A DNA stretch of 61,484 nucleotides, filler included, from Bipalium vagum (taxonomy: Eukaryota), in NCBI GenBank assembly GCA_037834085.1. It is 3 parts of 3 records of this genome, joined end to end, with 100 filler letters (N's around TTAATTAATTAA, not from the genome) between each part and the next. Parts side by side here need not be neighbours in the genome. Positions count along the whole stretch, not along the records: positions 1 to 26,806 come from JBBMKC010128561.1; positions 26,907 to 44,690 come from JBBMKC010051229.1; 1 more part is not named here. One strand, written 5' to 3'. Of the stretch, positions 22,940 to 35,640 are shown one piece after another. Below the pieces are notes generated by a model. The model had not been told where the DNA came from. It made no database searches and worked only from the letters and a program-made list of their open reading frames with translations. A program made the translations under genes and the position numbers. Within the stretch, counting starts at the first letter, position 1. Every line of letters begins with the position of its first letter.

Positions 22940-25380
22940 TTTACCCATACTTTTCGGTAATCTGCCTTTGAAAGTGGCCATCAATGTTTCTTTATAACTA
23001 CGTTGGCTTCTAAATTATGTTCCATGAAACAAAGCAGGCATGTCTTTTCCTTCTTGCTAAGAAGACGGATATGACAAATTGTAAGTCGCCTTTGAATATC
23101 TCTTTCCGTCAATCTATATGGGACTCATTTCCCTAATTTTATAATCATTCCAAAACTTATTAGTCGTTAGGAAATGCACCCTGAATTACATTTAAGACAA
23201 CAAATCAAGAAGAACCAATGCGCTGCAGGCAGTGTATTGTTCATCAAGATTTTATTGGATCAAACACTCATTGAACAACAACCCAAAACCAGACCTTGGC
23301 CCACGTAACTCATCCACCTATTGAAGTAATGGAATAACCAGCCCTTGGTGAAGAGTCATTGTGGTCTCATCTATATTCTTGTTTTCGAAAAAATAACTCG
23401 ACGACTCACCGTTAGTCAACTTCATTGTTATTTTTAGCTTGACCTCCTCTTCAAAAATAAGGAATTAACATTCTATACTTCTGGATCGGAGAGCCTTCAC
23501 GAAAACTCATACCTTGGTCCACTATGTGCTTTCCGCATTGAGATCACTTCTGATATTATCGCTTAGCCATTTCAATGCCAAATCTAGGTCGACCGAAGTT
23601 TCTATACGAAACCTTTTCCTCACCTTGTGTAACAAGAATCGGGTCAAGAGTGACCTACAGTGCTGGTCATTGCTTGTCAAAAATTGTAATCCCTGCACCT
23701 CACTGACAATGTGGTATTCATCGTATGCAGGACTTTGAGTGCTCAATTATTGCAGTGAGTGTACCATTGTGTTCGGCACATCCGTCGTTAGATAATAATG
23801 CTTTTTGATGCCGACTTAGAATTTTTCCTACTTGGAGCCATCTAATTAATCGCTTATTAAGGATTAGCGTACATATTCTATACGATGTGTCCTATACGAT
23901 AGCTATAGGCCTCCAAGAGGACACAAGGAGGGATTCCGAATCTTTCCTAGGCTTAAGGATCATTTTGGTCTTAAAGGACTTCCATTGATCGGGAATTTTT
24001 CGAAAACAGGATATATGATTATAAAATTCCCAAAGGAATATATAATCGGGATCGATGATTCTCCAATCATCATACGTTATTCCGTCCGCGCCAGGTGATG
24101 ATTCTGAGGTGCTTTTAAAGGCACACTCACTATCCTTTACATTAATCTCCTCATCAATGGATCCTGGAAATTGTCGAAAGTTTGTATAGAAATCCAAGCT
24201 AATCTCGGGGGACTCGGTTTCCTAAAATGACTACCTAATTCCACTTTCGAAGGATAAATCGAGGCAGATGCCGATGGCATAAAGGATTCAAATACTTCCT
24301 TTGTGTTCTGACTGAACCTACATTGGATAGAGTATGTTTTCTTGCCTATATTCAGCGATTTCATTATCGGCTTTTCCTCCTTTCTTTCCTTTTCAGGAAA
24401 TATTTGCAAAACTTCTGTCAAATTGGCCATTTGATCAGTAAGCCGATCGAGTTGATTGAGCAGGATGGGATGGATACATTATTTCTTTCGCTCCCCGTTT
24501 AAGCGGTGCAGCTCCTTTTCAAATTTAACAAAATTTTGAAGAATTAATTTCTTTATTTCCTCGATATTTGGAGCTCGGAACTCATTCGAGTTTCTACAGA
24601 AATCTGCTATATATGATTTGCCGAGGCAAAACCTTTTGGAGGATGCTGGGCTCCAGCCTGAGATTTGGTGACATTGGGTCCCAAATATGCAGCACCAGAA
24701 GATTTGTCGGCCAGAAAAATCAACCAGTGCTCCGCATTCCAGTGGACAGGCCAGACTATTTTTTGCAAGTCAAAGAGACTAGCAAATTGGAATAGACGAT
24801 AGAACTCCCCCAGCTTTTTATTTATTAAAGCTGTGGCCGGTTCGGGTTGAGTATAGGTGAAATTGTCAACATCCTTTAAACCGCTCTCCCTCTATGTTCT
24901 TATCTGCTTCCGTGACTACCATTTCTAGTAGGGGAGCAGATGGCTTGCTATTGGTGCATCTTGAAGCGATTCCCCTTTTTTGAAGCGATGGTCTTTTTTT
25001 ACGATCATCCCACATAGACACTGATACATAGTATCAGCCTTGGGTTTGATTTGATGAACGTTAACCATGTGTTTATCATGATTAAGGGTCTTTCTCGCCC
25101 GGACTTGGTACTCCTTAGTACATTTTGCGCTTAAGTTTTGATATCGCTTTAGCATGGACGTCATTCTCACCTCACTCGGCGAAGAATTCGAAGAACCCAT
25201 AGTCCACCCCAGGGTAGGAGCTTGACAGTCCGTCAAATATCAAGTAAGAAGATCTCTCGATTATCTCCTCAATAATTTCTGTCGGACAGGTCCATTGAAT
25301 CTTTAACATGATCCTCCGGATTCCCCTGTCCCCTGGTGTCAGATGATCTTTTCGTCCCTTTTACAGGACTACCGAATTCA
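22940..25380 (-). mobile_element. Degenerate non-LTR retrotransposon, RLE group (R2/NeSL-like)
   Basis: N-terminal zinc-finger remnants (HMVNVH; YQCLCG...SHL); RT domain 0/1 SSPGADGITY...IPDQWK...WRPIAI; C-terminal CLLC...ETL knuckle remnant; many stops and deletions. Confidence 0.8.
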
Positions 25381-26699
25381 CCAAATTTATAAACCCCATT
25401 ATATCTACAACAAAATCTATTTTAAAAAAGTTATTTTTTTATTGGTTGATTAATTTATGATATTACAAATAATATGTGATACCAATATCATTTATTCATT
25501 GCCCACAAAAGATAATTGCTGACCACTAGCAATGCTGTTGTGCCAAAAACAAATGCTGCTTTGTGAGACGGAAGGACTTGACTGCTGGAGAAAAAGAGAA
25601 AACCCTTTGGACTAATCATAAATCTGATGCTGTTTTGTTCGATATGCCAGTCAAACCTTTCTGTTGATATTTGCCGTCCCTTACAATTGACACGTTTTCT
25701 TTTTGTTTGTTATAAGATTACTGACGTTTCGCTGTCAATATTTACTGACAGTAGACAAGGTCAGGAATTAATCTAAAATATTATAATTTAAATTAAAAGA
25801 AGCACTGAAATTTATAAACAATCTAATATATACATAAACAAAAAAAGTATTGCATTTTTTTACTGTACAGTTCAGTGTAACAGGTTGTATCTGAAACCTT
25901 TCAAAAATATAGCCAAACTAACATTTCGTGGTGGACACCATAATCATAAATGAAGACTGCTTGACCTTCATTTCGACATTTAGTTTTGAAGTTTCTTAAA
26001 AATTTCATAAATCATTATATAATTATTTACATTATTTAAGGTTAGTAAAAATATAAATAAAATTAGTTATAATCATTATAAATAATAACTTTAAAGATAA
26101 AATTATTTAATTAAAAACGAAATTACTATAGGATAATCTTAATATTAAAAATAGCAGTAAAAAAAGTAAATACAAATAAAAATAAAATATAATGAATAAT
26201 AATAATATGGTAATGACCAAATATGATATGAACATAATTCGTGAAGCAGCTCTTTAAAAATTAACTAATTACAAATTAATTAATAAGTGCATAATTTGTG
26301 CGAAACTGTTATATTTAGAGGATTTTACAACTGAGTGAGTCTCTACTGAATACTTAATTTAAAAAGAACATCAAGACAAATTTAGCACGGAGAATTTTCG
26401 AAAACAACTTAACTTGAGTTATTAGATATGCGAAAATCTTGCATGCCTCGCCTTTGAAACATAACTTAAAGAAAAATTCGATGGATCTGTATGATTAATG
26501 CGTAGGAATAAAAAAGAAAGAGGGCTTATTTTCAAATTTAAATTCTCAATCAATAAGTTTCCAATCCCAATTATCAAGTTCCAAATCTTTATTAAAAAAT
26601 CAAAAAAGGTTTATTATAAACATTTTGTCATTGTGATTTGCTTACTTTAATTACATTTTATTTTGGCATGGAATAAAATTATTTATCATTCATTGTGAT

Positions 26700-26806
26700 A
26701 AAGTTACTTTGTTTATTGAACTGGTACGCAAGAGTATTGCGGAGGACCCAGAAACATCAACTCGAAGACGTTCTTTGCAATTAGGCATTTCTCGAAAATC
26801 CTTACA
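26700..26806 (+). mobile_element. DD41D-type transposase HTH fragment truncated by an assembly gap
   Basis: LVRKSIAEDPETSTRRRSLQLGISRKSL. Confidence 0.6.
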
Positions 26807-26906
26807 NNNNNNNNNNNNNNNNNNNNNNNNNNNNNNNNNNNNNNNNNNNNTTAATTAATTAANNNNNNNNNNNNNNNNNNNNNNNNNNNNNNNNNNNNNN
26901 NNNNNN
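26807..26906. other. Assembly gap with artificial TTAATTAATTAA linker
   Basis: 44 N + TTAATTAATTAA + 44 N = 100 nt; the same construct is at 44691-44790. Confidence 0.95.
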
Positions 26907-28975
26907 ATACAATTACCTAGATGATTATAATTATCAAAAATAAGATAGATTTTATTAAATTGATGTTTTTTCTTTATCAGGCCAAGAACTTTTCACACCA
27001 CCCTCGAATATATATATTGTTTCAGGTTTTTATTAAATCTTTTATCTTCGCTGATCTGCAAATTGAGGCTCCATACTCCATATTAAAACCTAATTATTAG
27101 TAGACGCTTTAAATATTTTGGAAACAGCATGTCAAACTTCTGAAACTCATTAATAGTAATTAGAGTAAATAATGTTAAACGAATTTAATTTTATTAAATT
27201 AATATACCTGAAGATTTTTAATAATTTAATTAAAATAATAAATTATTATGATTTAATAAAATAATAAATAATTAATTATCTTTGTTTAATCCATTTGGAT
27301 GTATTTACTGAATCTTTGTAAATATCATAAGGTTTTGTTTGTCTTCTATTTTGTATATATAATTAATTATTTAGTTTTTAAATAAATAAAATAATAATAT
27401 TATATAATATATAATAATATATAATTAAATAATATTAAATAATATATAAACAGAAATCAAAAAAATAAAATTTTACAGAAAATAACTGAAATAGTTTGCT
27501 TTATTGACCTATTTTATTTTAGAGATCAAGTTAAAGTCAGTTTGAAAATTAAGAAAAATAATTTATTTTTAATAACTTAAGATGAAAAATAAAATAAAAA
27601 CCTTAATTTTGATTTAAATTATCCCACACTCAAAGGAAAGCCCACCTCTAATTCTCATAATTTTATTCAAAAATCAAATGTAACGCTAATAAAAAATATT
27701 TTGCTTTTTAACTTTTTATTTTAACTCGAACTCGTATCCAATTGATATTTATTAATTTTAATCACAATCATTACTATCAACTGATGTTTGCCAACGGTAA
27801 ATAAATATCCTAGTAATAAGCAATTCTAATGTTATGTATTCAAAAAAATTGTCTACTGACCTTTAAACCAGGTCAAAATGTTTTAAAATAATAAATAAAA
27901 CCTCAAAAACCTATCGTACAAAAAAGTAGAGCAAATAATTGTTATAGAAAATTATCAAAATTGAAAAATAAAAATTATATACAGAGAGAGAACTTAGTCG
28001 GCACTGAAATTTTTATTTTATAAATCAAAAAAGGGACAAATGAAATTATTTATTTTCATTAAATTTAGTATATTTATTTTAAATTATTTACTTAATTAGA
28101 AATAAACATAGAAATTGCCATAAAACTAAAATGAAATACTTTTGAAATCCATAACACTCTTTAGCAATATGTAATCATTGTAATATCAAAATTTAAGTAT
28201 GAGGAACTGAATTAAAACCAAAAAAACGAAATTTTGAAATTGTACAGAAAATAATATTTCTTGTGTTTATAATTCTGAAGAATCCATTGATAAATAAACC
28301 GTAATTATCTTTTTATAGCCAACTGGAATTAAATTAGTAACTTTTTACAAATTTAGAATACACTGTTAATGTTAAAAATAAATTATTTTTAAAATGTTCA
28401 AAAAATATTTATTTTGAAAACAATTATTAATATATTAATTAATAAAGTTCATTGAATTTGTTTTTCTTATAATCGATAATTAATGATTAGCATGTTTTTT
28501 TAAATGCGTAAACTTTTTGACTTGATTTTTCGTCAAAAGTAATTCAATGTAAAATGACCATTAAGTAATTGTATAGGAAAAAGAAATTGTTGATTAGTAA
28601 CAAAATTTCAACTGGGAAATAAACGCACTTAATCCGACAATTATTAATCGATATTCTACCAGTAAATCAGGAAATACATATATATGGACAAGAAGTCAAT
28701 CCTCATAGAATTTCGATTTATGAAATATACAGTTCAAGAAAGGCATAAGTTGGTTAAGATCTGGTTTTGCTTTTGACAAACACAGGTCAAAATTTGGTTA
28801 TGACATTGTAAATATTGGAAGAAAGGCTATTTATTTCTTCAACACAAGTGTTTTACATTAGTCTTGTTCGGTTCTATTATAATATTACATAATTAAAGGA
28901 AAATACAAATATTTACGGAATAGCTAGTAGGAATACTAGTAGGAATACCTAGACAACCCACACACAGACAGAGAA

Positions 28976-29057
28976 CCAATCATATTCGACTACTAAAAAT
29001 AGTGGCCAAATAGAATTTTGATTGGTTTTCGTTTAGAAATTGGCAGGCGTTACCAAT
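28976..29057 (+). promoter_or_regulatory. Cluster of three CCAAT/ATTGG boxes upstream of the Pim ATG (possible NF-Y promoter)
   Basis: CCAAT 28976-28980, ATTGG 29021-29025, CCAAT 29053-29057, 100-180 nt before the ATG. Confidence 0.35.
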
Positions 29058-29156
29058 ATAATAGTTGATCATGTTGATTTAATCAGAAAAATTTGTCTGA
29101 TTTTCGTTACAAAAAAATTGTCTAACTTTCTTTTTTCCTGACATTTCACAATAATT

Positions 29157-29181
29157 ATGGATCTTTTCAATATTGATTTGG
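29157..29181 (+). CDS. PIM: Pim exon 1 (MDLFNIDL-)
   Basis: ATG followed by a strong G|GTAAGT donor; phase matches exon 2. Confidence 0.7.
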
Positions 29182-31653
29182 GTAAGTCTTGTTTATTTCG
29201 CTTATTATTAGTATTAAATCATGAAACTTTTTATTGACAATAGATTTAATTCCAATGAGTGAAAGTTTGCAAGACTTTCAAACGGAATATCAATGTCTGA
29301 ATATCATCGGTGAAGGAGGCTTTGGAAAAGTCCGTAAGGGAATTCGTCGTAGTGACAAGAAAAATGTCGCTATAAAATATATTGCCAATTCCAAAATAAC
29401 ATCCTGGCATCATTATGCGGTAATTGTATTTTCATTGTTGTCTTCAGTTTCCATAATTCTGGTTTTCTAATTCTGTCAGAAATTGAACAAATATATTCCA
29501 ATGGAAATAGCATTGATGTGTCGGTGTCGAGAAATTGACGGTGTGATCAAAATCATCAAATACTTTCACATTAGAGAACACAAAGGATGGTATATTGTCA
29601 TGGAACGGTTTGACAATTATATCGATCTGTTTGATCACATCACAAATGTGGGACAAATCTCTGAAAGCGATGCTTCCAATTACATGAACCAGTTGATGAA
29701 TATCCTCATCAGTTGTCATAAACTTGGCGTTTGTCATCGTGACATCAAAGACGAAAATATCATCCTTGATTTAACAATGAAAAAGATCTACTTGATCGAT
29801 TTCGGAGCTGGTGGCATCTTACACAATGGCTTTTATTCTGAATTTGATGGTAATTTTTATTATTTTTACTCTTACTTTTTTATTATTATATGATTATGTA
29901 ACTATTTGGTGATTATTTTTATAATTTTTGAGACTATATGACAGTGACTTTATTGATAATTAAATGTTTATTAATTAAAATATTTATTAAAAAACTGTTC
30001 AAATTTATTTGACATCTGCACGTAATCGATTGTTGTAGGAGCAAAATCAGTCCATTCATAACCATAAACACGTGGGTGTCACTTTGGTATATTTATTCAA
30101 CATAACCGTTGCACATATATGTACGTTTATGCATAGAGAGACAAATGAAAACTGTCAGATCTTGATGCTTTAATTGTTAAATGTCTTAAACAATAAAGTA
30201 CAACTTTGTTAATATTAAGGCTCAGTTCTATGATTATTGGCAGGAAAGTACAGAAATTAATAAATTAGAATATAGTAAATTGTCGAACATACAGCTTGAT
30301 AATATTATTATGGATTTTTACAACTGCCGCCGATGGTTGTGTATGTAAACTGGACGAAAATAACTCAGGCAGCTCTTCTTCATCTTTCAGATCTCAGATG
30401 TTTTTTCTGTGTCTTTCTATGTCTAGATTTCAGTTTCAGCTATGTCGTTCACTATGTCAGAAATAGTGATTTTTTTTTCTCTCTGACCCACCTCTAAGAC
30501 ACTGAACTGGCTTTCAGTTTGGTCGCAGTGAGACTTGTTGGGAATAACGAATTTCTGCCCTTCGGCATTGATCGTATATGTTCCCAATATCTATGGCAAC
30601 ATCCCCCAATATAATTGATCTGGCTTTTGTCATAATAATTGTGACGACATATGCATTAATATCTATAGCTCGAATCAAATTTGTTTTAGGTTTGTGTGTG
30701 CATACGTACATGGTTGTGTGTATTCTTCTACGATGATCTGTGTAGCGTGTTATAATCGCTGTCTGCTATTGTATTTGGCATGGTTTTCAATTTTGGCCAA
30801 TTTTGGCTGTGGTCCTGTCCTTATAAACGGAGACTTTGTCCATTAGACAGACATATCGTCCTTTATATTTATTTTAAATTTTGTTTTAAAATTTTCGTTA
30901 GGAAACAGAAAATGGCAATAAAAATTGATAAATATTTGTACCTGTTTAATTTACAAAAAAATGAACTAATTTTATACTATATTTAATTGCACAATTGCAT
31001 TCATGAATTTTTTAATCTAAGGTACTCGGGTTTATAGTCCACCAGAATGGATTCAATATAAACGGTACAATGCAATATCATTAGAAATTTGGTCATTGGG
31101 TATTCTTCTTTATGACATGGTTTGCGGCAATTTACCATTTGACAATGATGATGGGATAATCAATTCCTGTGTTGTATTTCGAAAACCTATCAGTCGTGTC
31201 TGTCAAGATCTTATATTAAAGTGTTTAGCAAAAAACCCTGAGAAACGACCCAGTTTAACAGACATTGTAAATCATCGCTGGTTTAGTTCTCATTCAAAAA
31301 TCAATCATTCTCAACTTCCTCCTAAATCCACATCACAGAGTGATTATTTTCTTCGTTCTAATAACAATACAAGTCAAATAAAATTCGATACACCAGAATC
31401 GAAGTCTCAGCGAATAAGTGGAGAAACATCTCCTTTCCTTACACCACAGTCTTCTGGATTTGAAGATACATGTTATCTTATTAATTTCTCAGATAAAAAC
31501 ATTACCAATCAGAAAAATTATGAACTATTGGAAACTGCTAATCCCTGTATTAATTGTAATCCCAAATACCTCACATTTCAGCAGAATCGAAAAAACAGTA
31601 GAAATAAGAGTTCTCACATATATAGCAATGTATATTTAGCAACTTGTAAATGA
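29157..31653 (+). CDS. PIM: Pim-family serine/threonine kinase, 4 coding exons, 400 aa
   Basis: Exons 29157-29181, 29244-29419, 29480-29849 and 31022-31653 sum to 1203 nt in frame. Motifs: GEGGFGKV, VAIK, IPMEIALM, DLFDHI, HRDIKDENI, LIDFGAG, FDGTRVYSPPEW, WSLGILLYDMVCGNLPF. HRDIKDEN and GTRVYSPPEW are Pim signatures. Confidence 0.94.
29244..29419 (+). CDS. PIM: Pim exon 2 (glycine-rich loop, VAIK)
   Basis: TAG acceptor, GCG|GTAATT donor; 60-nt intron follows. Confidence 0.9.
29480..29849 (+). CDS. PIM: Pim exon 3 (hinge, HRD, DFG)
   Basis: CAG acceptor, G|GTAATT donor. Confidence 0.93.
31022..31653 (+). CDS. PIM: Pim exon 4 (GTRVYSPPEW, C-lobe, Ser-rich tail)
   Basis: CTAAG acceptor; TGA stop; AATAAA at 31732. 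Confidence 0.92.
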
Positions 31654-33746
31654 TGAATTGAGATATTTTGCATATATTTTGTAAATTCAATATCTTATGA
31701 TCTTCAGTAGTTTTTTATTTTTTTTATTCCCAATAAAATAATTTGAATTAAATGTTTTCTCTACGTTTTAATATTGCGAAATTTGTCGTAAAGAGCTTCT
31801 CGTTATATATTTATATATTATTATTTTTCGATCATATTGGCCTGAGATCAGTCCACTACAACAGTGACCATTGAACAAATAATGAATTAGTTTCAAATGT
31901 TTTGGAGTTTTCAATTTTCATTTTAGACAATAATTAATAATAAAATCGCGAAGAAATTTAATATTTAATTATATATTATTATAAAAAAATAGCGTAAATA
32001 TTTTATTCAAAATTTGAAATATATTTATTTATAAAAATTAAATTAATTGAGTGAAGTGTTTTTATTCAAAATGTGAGTATAAAGATTTCTAGTTAAATAA
32101 TTATACATAGAGATCAATAATCATTTCAGATAGTCATAAAATAGATCCAAGTCTTATAAGTAAACCTGATGTCCTGAAAACAGGTAATTGAGAAACACTC
32201 ATGTTCGGTATAATTTAGCATTCAGTTCCCAATTGAGATCAACTTACTATGTTACTATCATGTTCCTTTCATGACATGAATTAAGTTAGTTTCAATAATT
32301 TATTCCCAATTTTATGAATTAATTTTTAATAAAGTAATAAATTCTTTATTCATATAAATGAACGTTACAATATGTACATATTAATTTTTAAGAATATTAT
32401 ATAATAATATGAATATTATATAATACTATTAATATTATATAATAATATTAATATTATATAATAATATTAATATTAATATAACGTATTGGTCTCAAATGTG
32501 ATGTATTATAAATTTATGTAAAATATTTTCGCACAAATTCAGATCATTTTCTTTATCATCAGTTAATATTAGTTTTAAATTTATTTATTTTTTTTTAAAA
32601 ATAATTTAAAATTTTATGAATATAAACAGAATCAAAAAGCACAAAAATTCAAAAGTTTATAATGGAATTATTAGGGCAGCTGGCGCAAAAAGGTTACGAA
32701 TAAAAGTCTTATAAAGTGATAGAAATGAAATATAAATAATAAAAAATATTATTATGTGGTTTTATGTTCTTGCAATGAAATATTATTTTTGATTTAAAGG
32801 AGCAATTCAATGAAATATGCAAAGGTTTTAAAAATTTGGTTAGACCTTCTGGAATTACTGCTTTTAATATAAATTATTTCACAAATTAAGGTATTTAAAA
32901 AAAAGTCATTTAAATATTGATTTTAAAATTTGTAGCTTTGCAAAAAATTTATAAATCTTGAGTTTAGCTAGGCCGCGGCCTATCTTTAAAAAAGTTAGTT
33001 TATTTGTAAAAAAATTGTTGCTGTTTAAATACGGGATTACATGGTAAGTAAAGTTTTAAATGTTTCAATTATTACACAATAATGTGTAATATTTCAAATG
33101 ACAGTAACAATTCAGTTGCAATGCTTATTACTCTAAAATAAGTGTTTAAATAAAAGAAATAATTGTTATATTCATTGTTCGTGATTTATTTCCTTTTTCA
33201 CATATATTTAAAGCCGTAGGAATTATATTTGGTTATTTTATAATCAATTAAAACAATTTTCACTTTATTTTTCAATGAAGTACTTGTTCACATCTTATCT
33301 TTTGATATGTCACAATTGTTAAATGATTAAATTTATCTATGAATAATGATCCGTAGTTCGTTATTAGTAAAATAGTTAATTCATAAATGAAATGTGATCA
33401 AATTCATGCATAACTCGTTATTTTAAAGTTCTTTAGATGAGATAACTATGAATCATGGAGGTTACAAAGGGTCAGTAACCATAATTACTTTAATTAATAT
33501 ATATTTATCATCTTAAGTTTTATCACGTGTAAAATGTGCTTTGAATAACTAATTTTAGAATTAATAATAATATTAGTAGAAAAATTCTTTTAAAAAAGAA
33601 AAATATTACTCTTCATTTGTTAAATATTTATGATGTAAAATAAGAACAAACACAAATTAAACCAAATACTTTTTGTCTTGTTGAAAGATATTGAAGTATT
33701 GCATATTAAATTTAGGAAATGGAAAATGAATTTAAGGTTTGAAGTA

Positions 33747-34285
33747 CTGCGTGGCGCGATCCAAAACCTAGTGGATGCACAAGAAAAGGATGGAATTATT
33801 CAACAAAATTTATAACTTAGAAATTTAGTATGAAACAAGAAAATTTATGCACTTGATTATTTTTCTATATAAGAAACTATTTTTGCTTTTTAATCTTCGA
33901 TTTCTGTTGATCTTCCTCCACTATTCTCTGAAAAAACAAAAGTCATTTCTCGACGGAATTCTGTTATCCGTTTGTAAATTAAGCTTTTGATGAACATTCA
34001 TTTTTAAAAACTTGTCTCGATTCATCAACTATTTCTTTCCCACTCATATTTTTCTTAAGCAAGTATTTAATTATAGCACAAAACTCAAAATCAGTCGAAT
34101 CCATTATTTAACAAAAAATGGGTATAAGATTTAAAATACATACCAATTTTACACTAATACAACTAAGCAATTAAAAAAAATAGTTTTCATAACCATCAGG
34201 TGTTACAGTAAAAGCATGCAAACTTTCAGTAAAATATAAGAACCTAAAGGCATTGAGTCCACGAGGTTTGGATCGCACCATATAG
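33747..34285. mobile_element. MITE (539 bp) with ~30-bp imperfect TIRs and TA target duplication
   Basis: Left end TA|CTGCGTGGCGCGATCCAAAACCTAGTGGA; right end reverse-complemented TA|CTATATGGTGCGATCCAAACCTCGTGGA; non-coding AT-rich interior. Confidence 0.8.
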
Positions 34286-34399
34286 TATTGAAATAGATAG
34301 AGATTAATATTTAATATTATTAATAGCAAAAATATTTATGTTTATGGCTGAAGAAGACATTCTAGACTAAAAGATTATATTAATAATACTATACAGAAG

Positions 34400-35640
34400 A
34401 TTCTTGTAATTCAATAAATTGTTCCAAATTTTTGTTATGCTGGTTTAATTAGTGGTGAAAAAAAGTAGGACTCAATAGAAATTTTCAAATTAGCGATCTT
34501 GATTTGGTCAACAAACTAAGAGCAGAAATATCTCAAGTTTTGTTATAAGGAACATCAAAGAGCTTTTCGATGAGAATGACAGAGTTGGCAATATTCTGGA
34601 GAGACAAGTCAAAAAATTGTAGACTTCTAAATGTTATGGAGAAAAATCGATAAATTAGTAAATGTGTTTCACTTAAGTTAATGAACAAGCAAAATCTATA
34701 GTCTGCATATGGTAAAATCACTACTTCATCCTAAAAAGGTTTCAATAAGAGGTTAGAAATGTGGTCCAAGTGCATTTATTTTAAGAACTTAATGATTAAC
34801 TTTTCATTAGTTACTCCTTAACAATCATCGACATCCATTGAAAATTAAAAATTAACGGTAAAAACTTTGTCTGTCACTGGGACCAAGAAGAAATTCTTAA
34901 TTTGAAAGTATTAAAAAAACCATTATAGCAATTTACTATAGTCATTAAATTAGTTAATCAGAGGAATTTAAAAAGTAATGGTGACGAAAATCAGTTTTAA
35001 TATTCCTCGACAAAGTCATGTTGTTTTATCCACGAAACTATTGGGTCGTCGTATGAAATTTGTAGAAAAAATACAAACTTTATTGATAAATTACAAATAT
35101 AAGAAATTATGTCATTCATCAAAGTATGAACCCATATTGTCTATACACTTTTACCATTTAAGTGACAGTTTGTCCATGTCAATGGAATAAAATTGTGGCG
35201 GACGAGAGTCAAGGAAGGCCTGGAAGACCAGTTTTAGAGCATTCTCAGAATGAAATTGTTTTCCAATTAAAATTTGTCAAAATTGTGGAAGAAATGGTTG
35301 TCAGTTCGGGATATGTCTGTTGAGTATGGAGATTGATAAAGAAGTTTCAACTCCGAGTTAAATAAAATATTTCAGATAAACAATATTATTCCATACAAAT
35401 TTCATACTTGACCTCCCAATAGCATTAGAAAAATTGAAATGGGGAGTTTTATAGCATTTTGTGCATTTTCATAATCATATCCGTATCGACTCTTATCTTT
35501 TTCGGTCATCAAAACATTTTATTATAAAAATCAGAAATTCAAAAAAAAGGATGAAGCACAAGGTTATTTAAGGATATTTCGTAAGGATATTCGTGAAAAG
35601 TAGAAGTCTAGGTAACAGTTCAATTCCCACAAGTGCTAGA
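34400..35640 (+). mobile_element. Highly decayed mariner remnant(s)
   Basis: HWDQE (compare WWDxxG), LKWGVL.H...DSYLFRS; boundaries approximate. Confidence 0.5.

Noticed and set aside
25349-25375. Minus-strand GTCC-loop-GGAC-GAAA at the 5' end of the non-LTR element (hammerhead stem II-like)
   Set aside because: The CTGANGA core is absent, and I could not build an HDV-like fold either.
26851-26862. TTAATTAATTAA centred in N runs (also 44735-44746)
   Set aside because: Identical 44N+12+44N construct at both sites: an artificial six-frame-stop scaffold linker, not biology.
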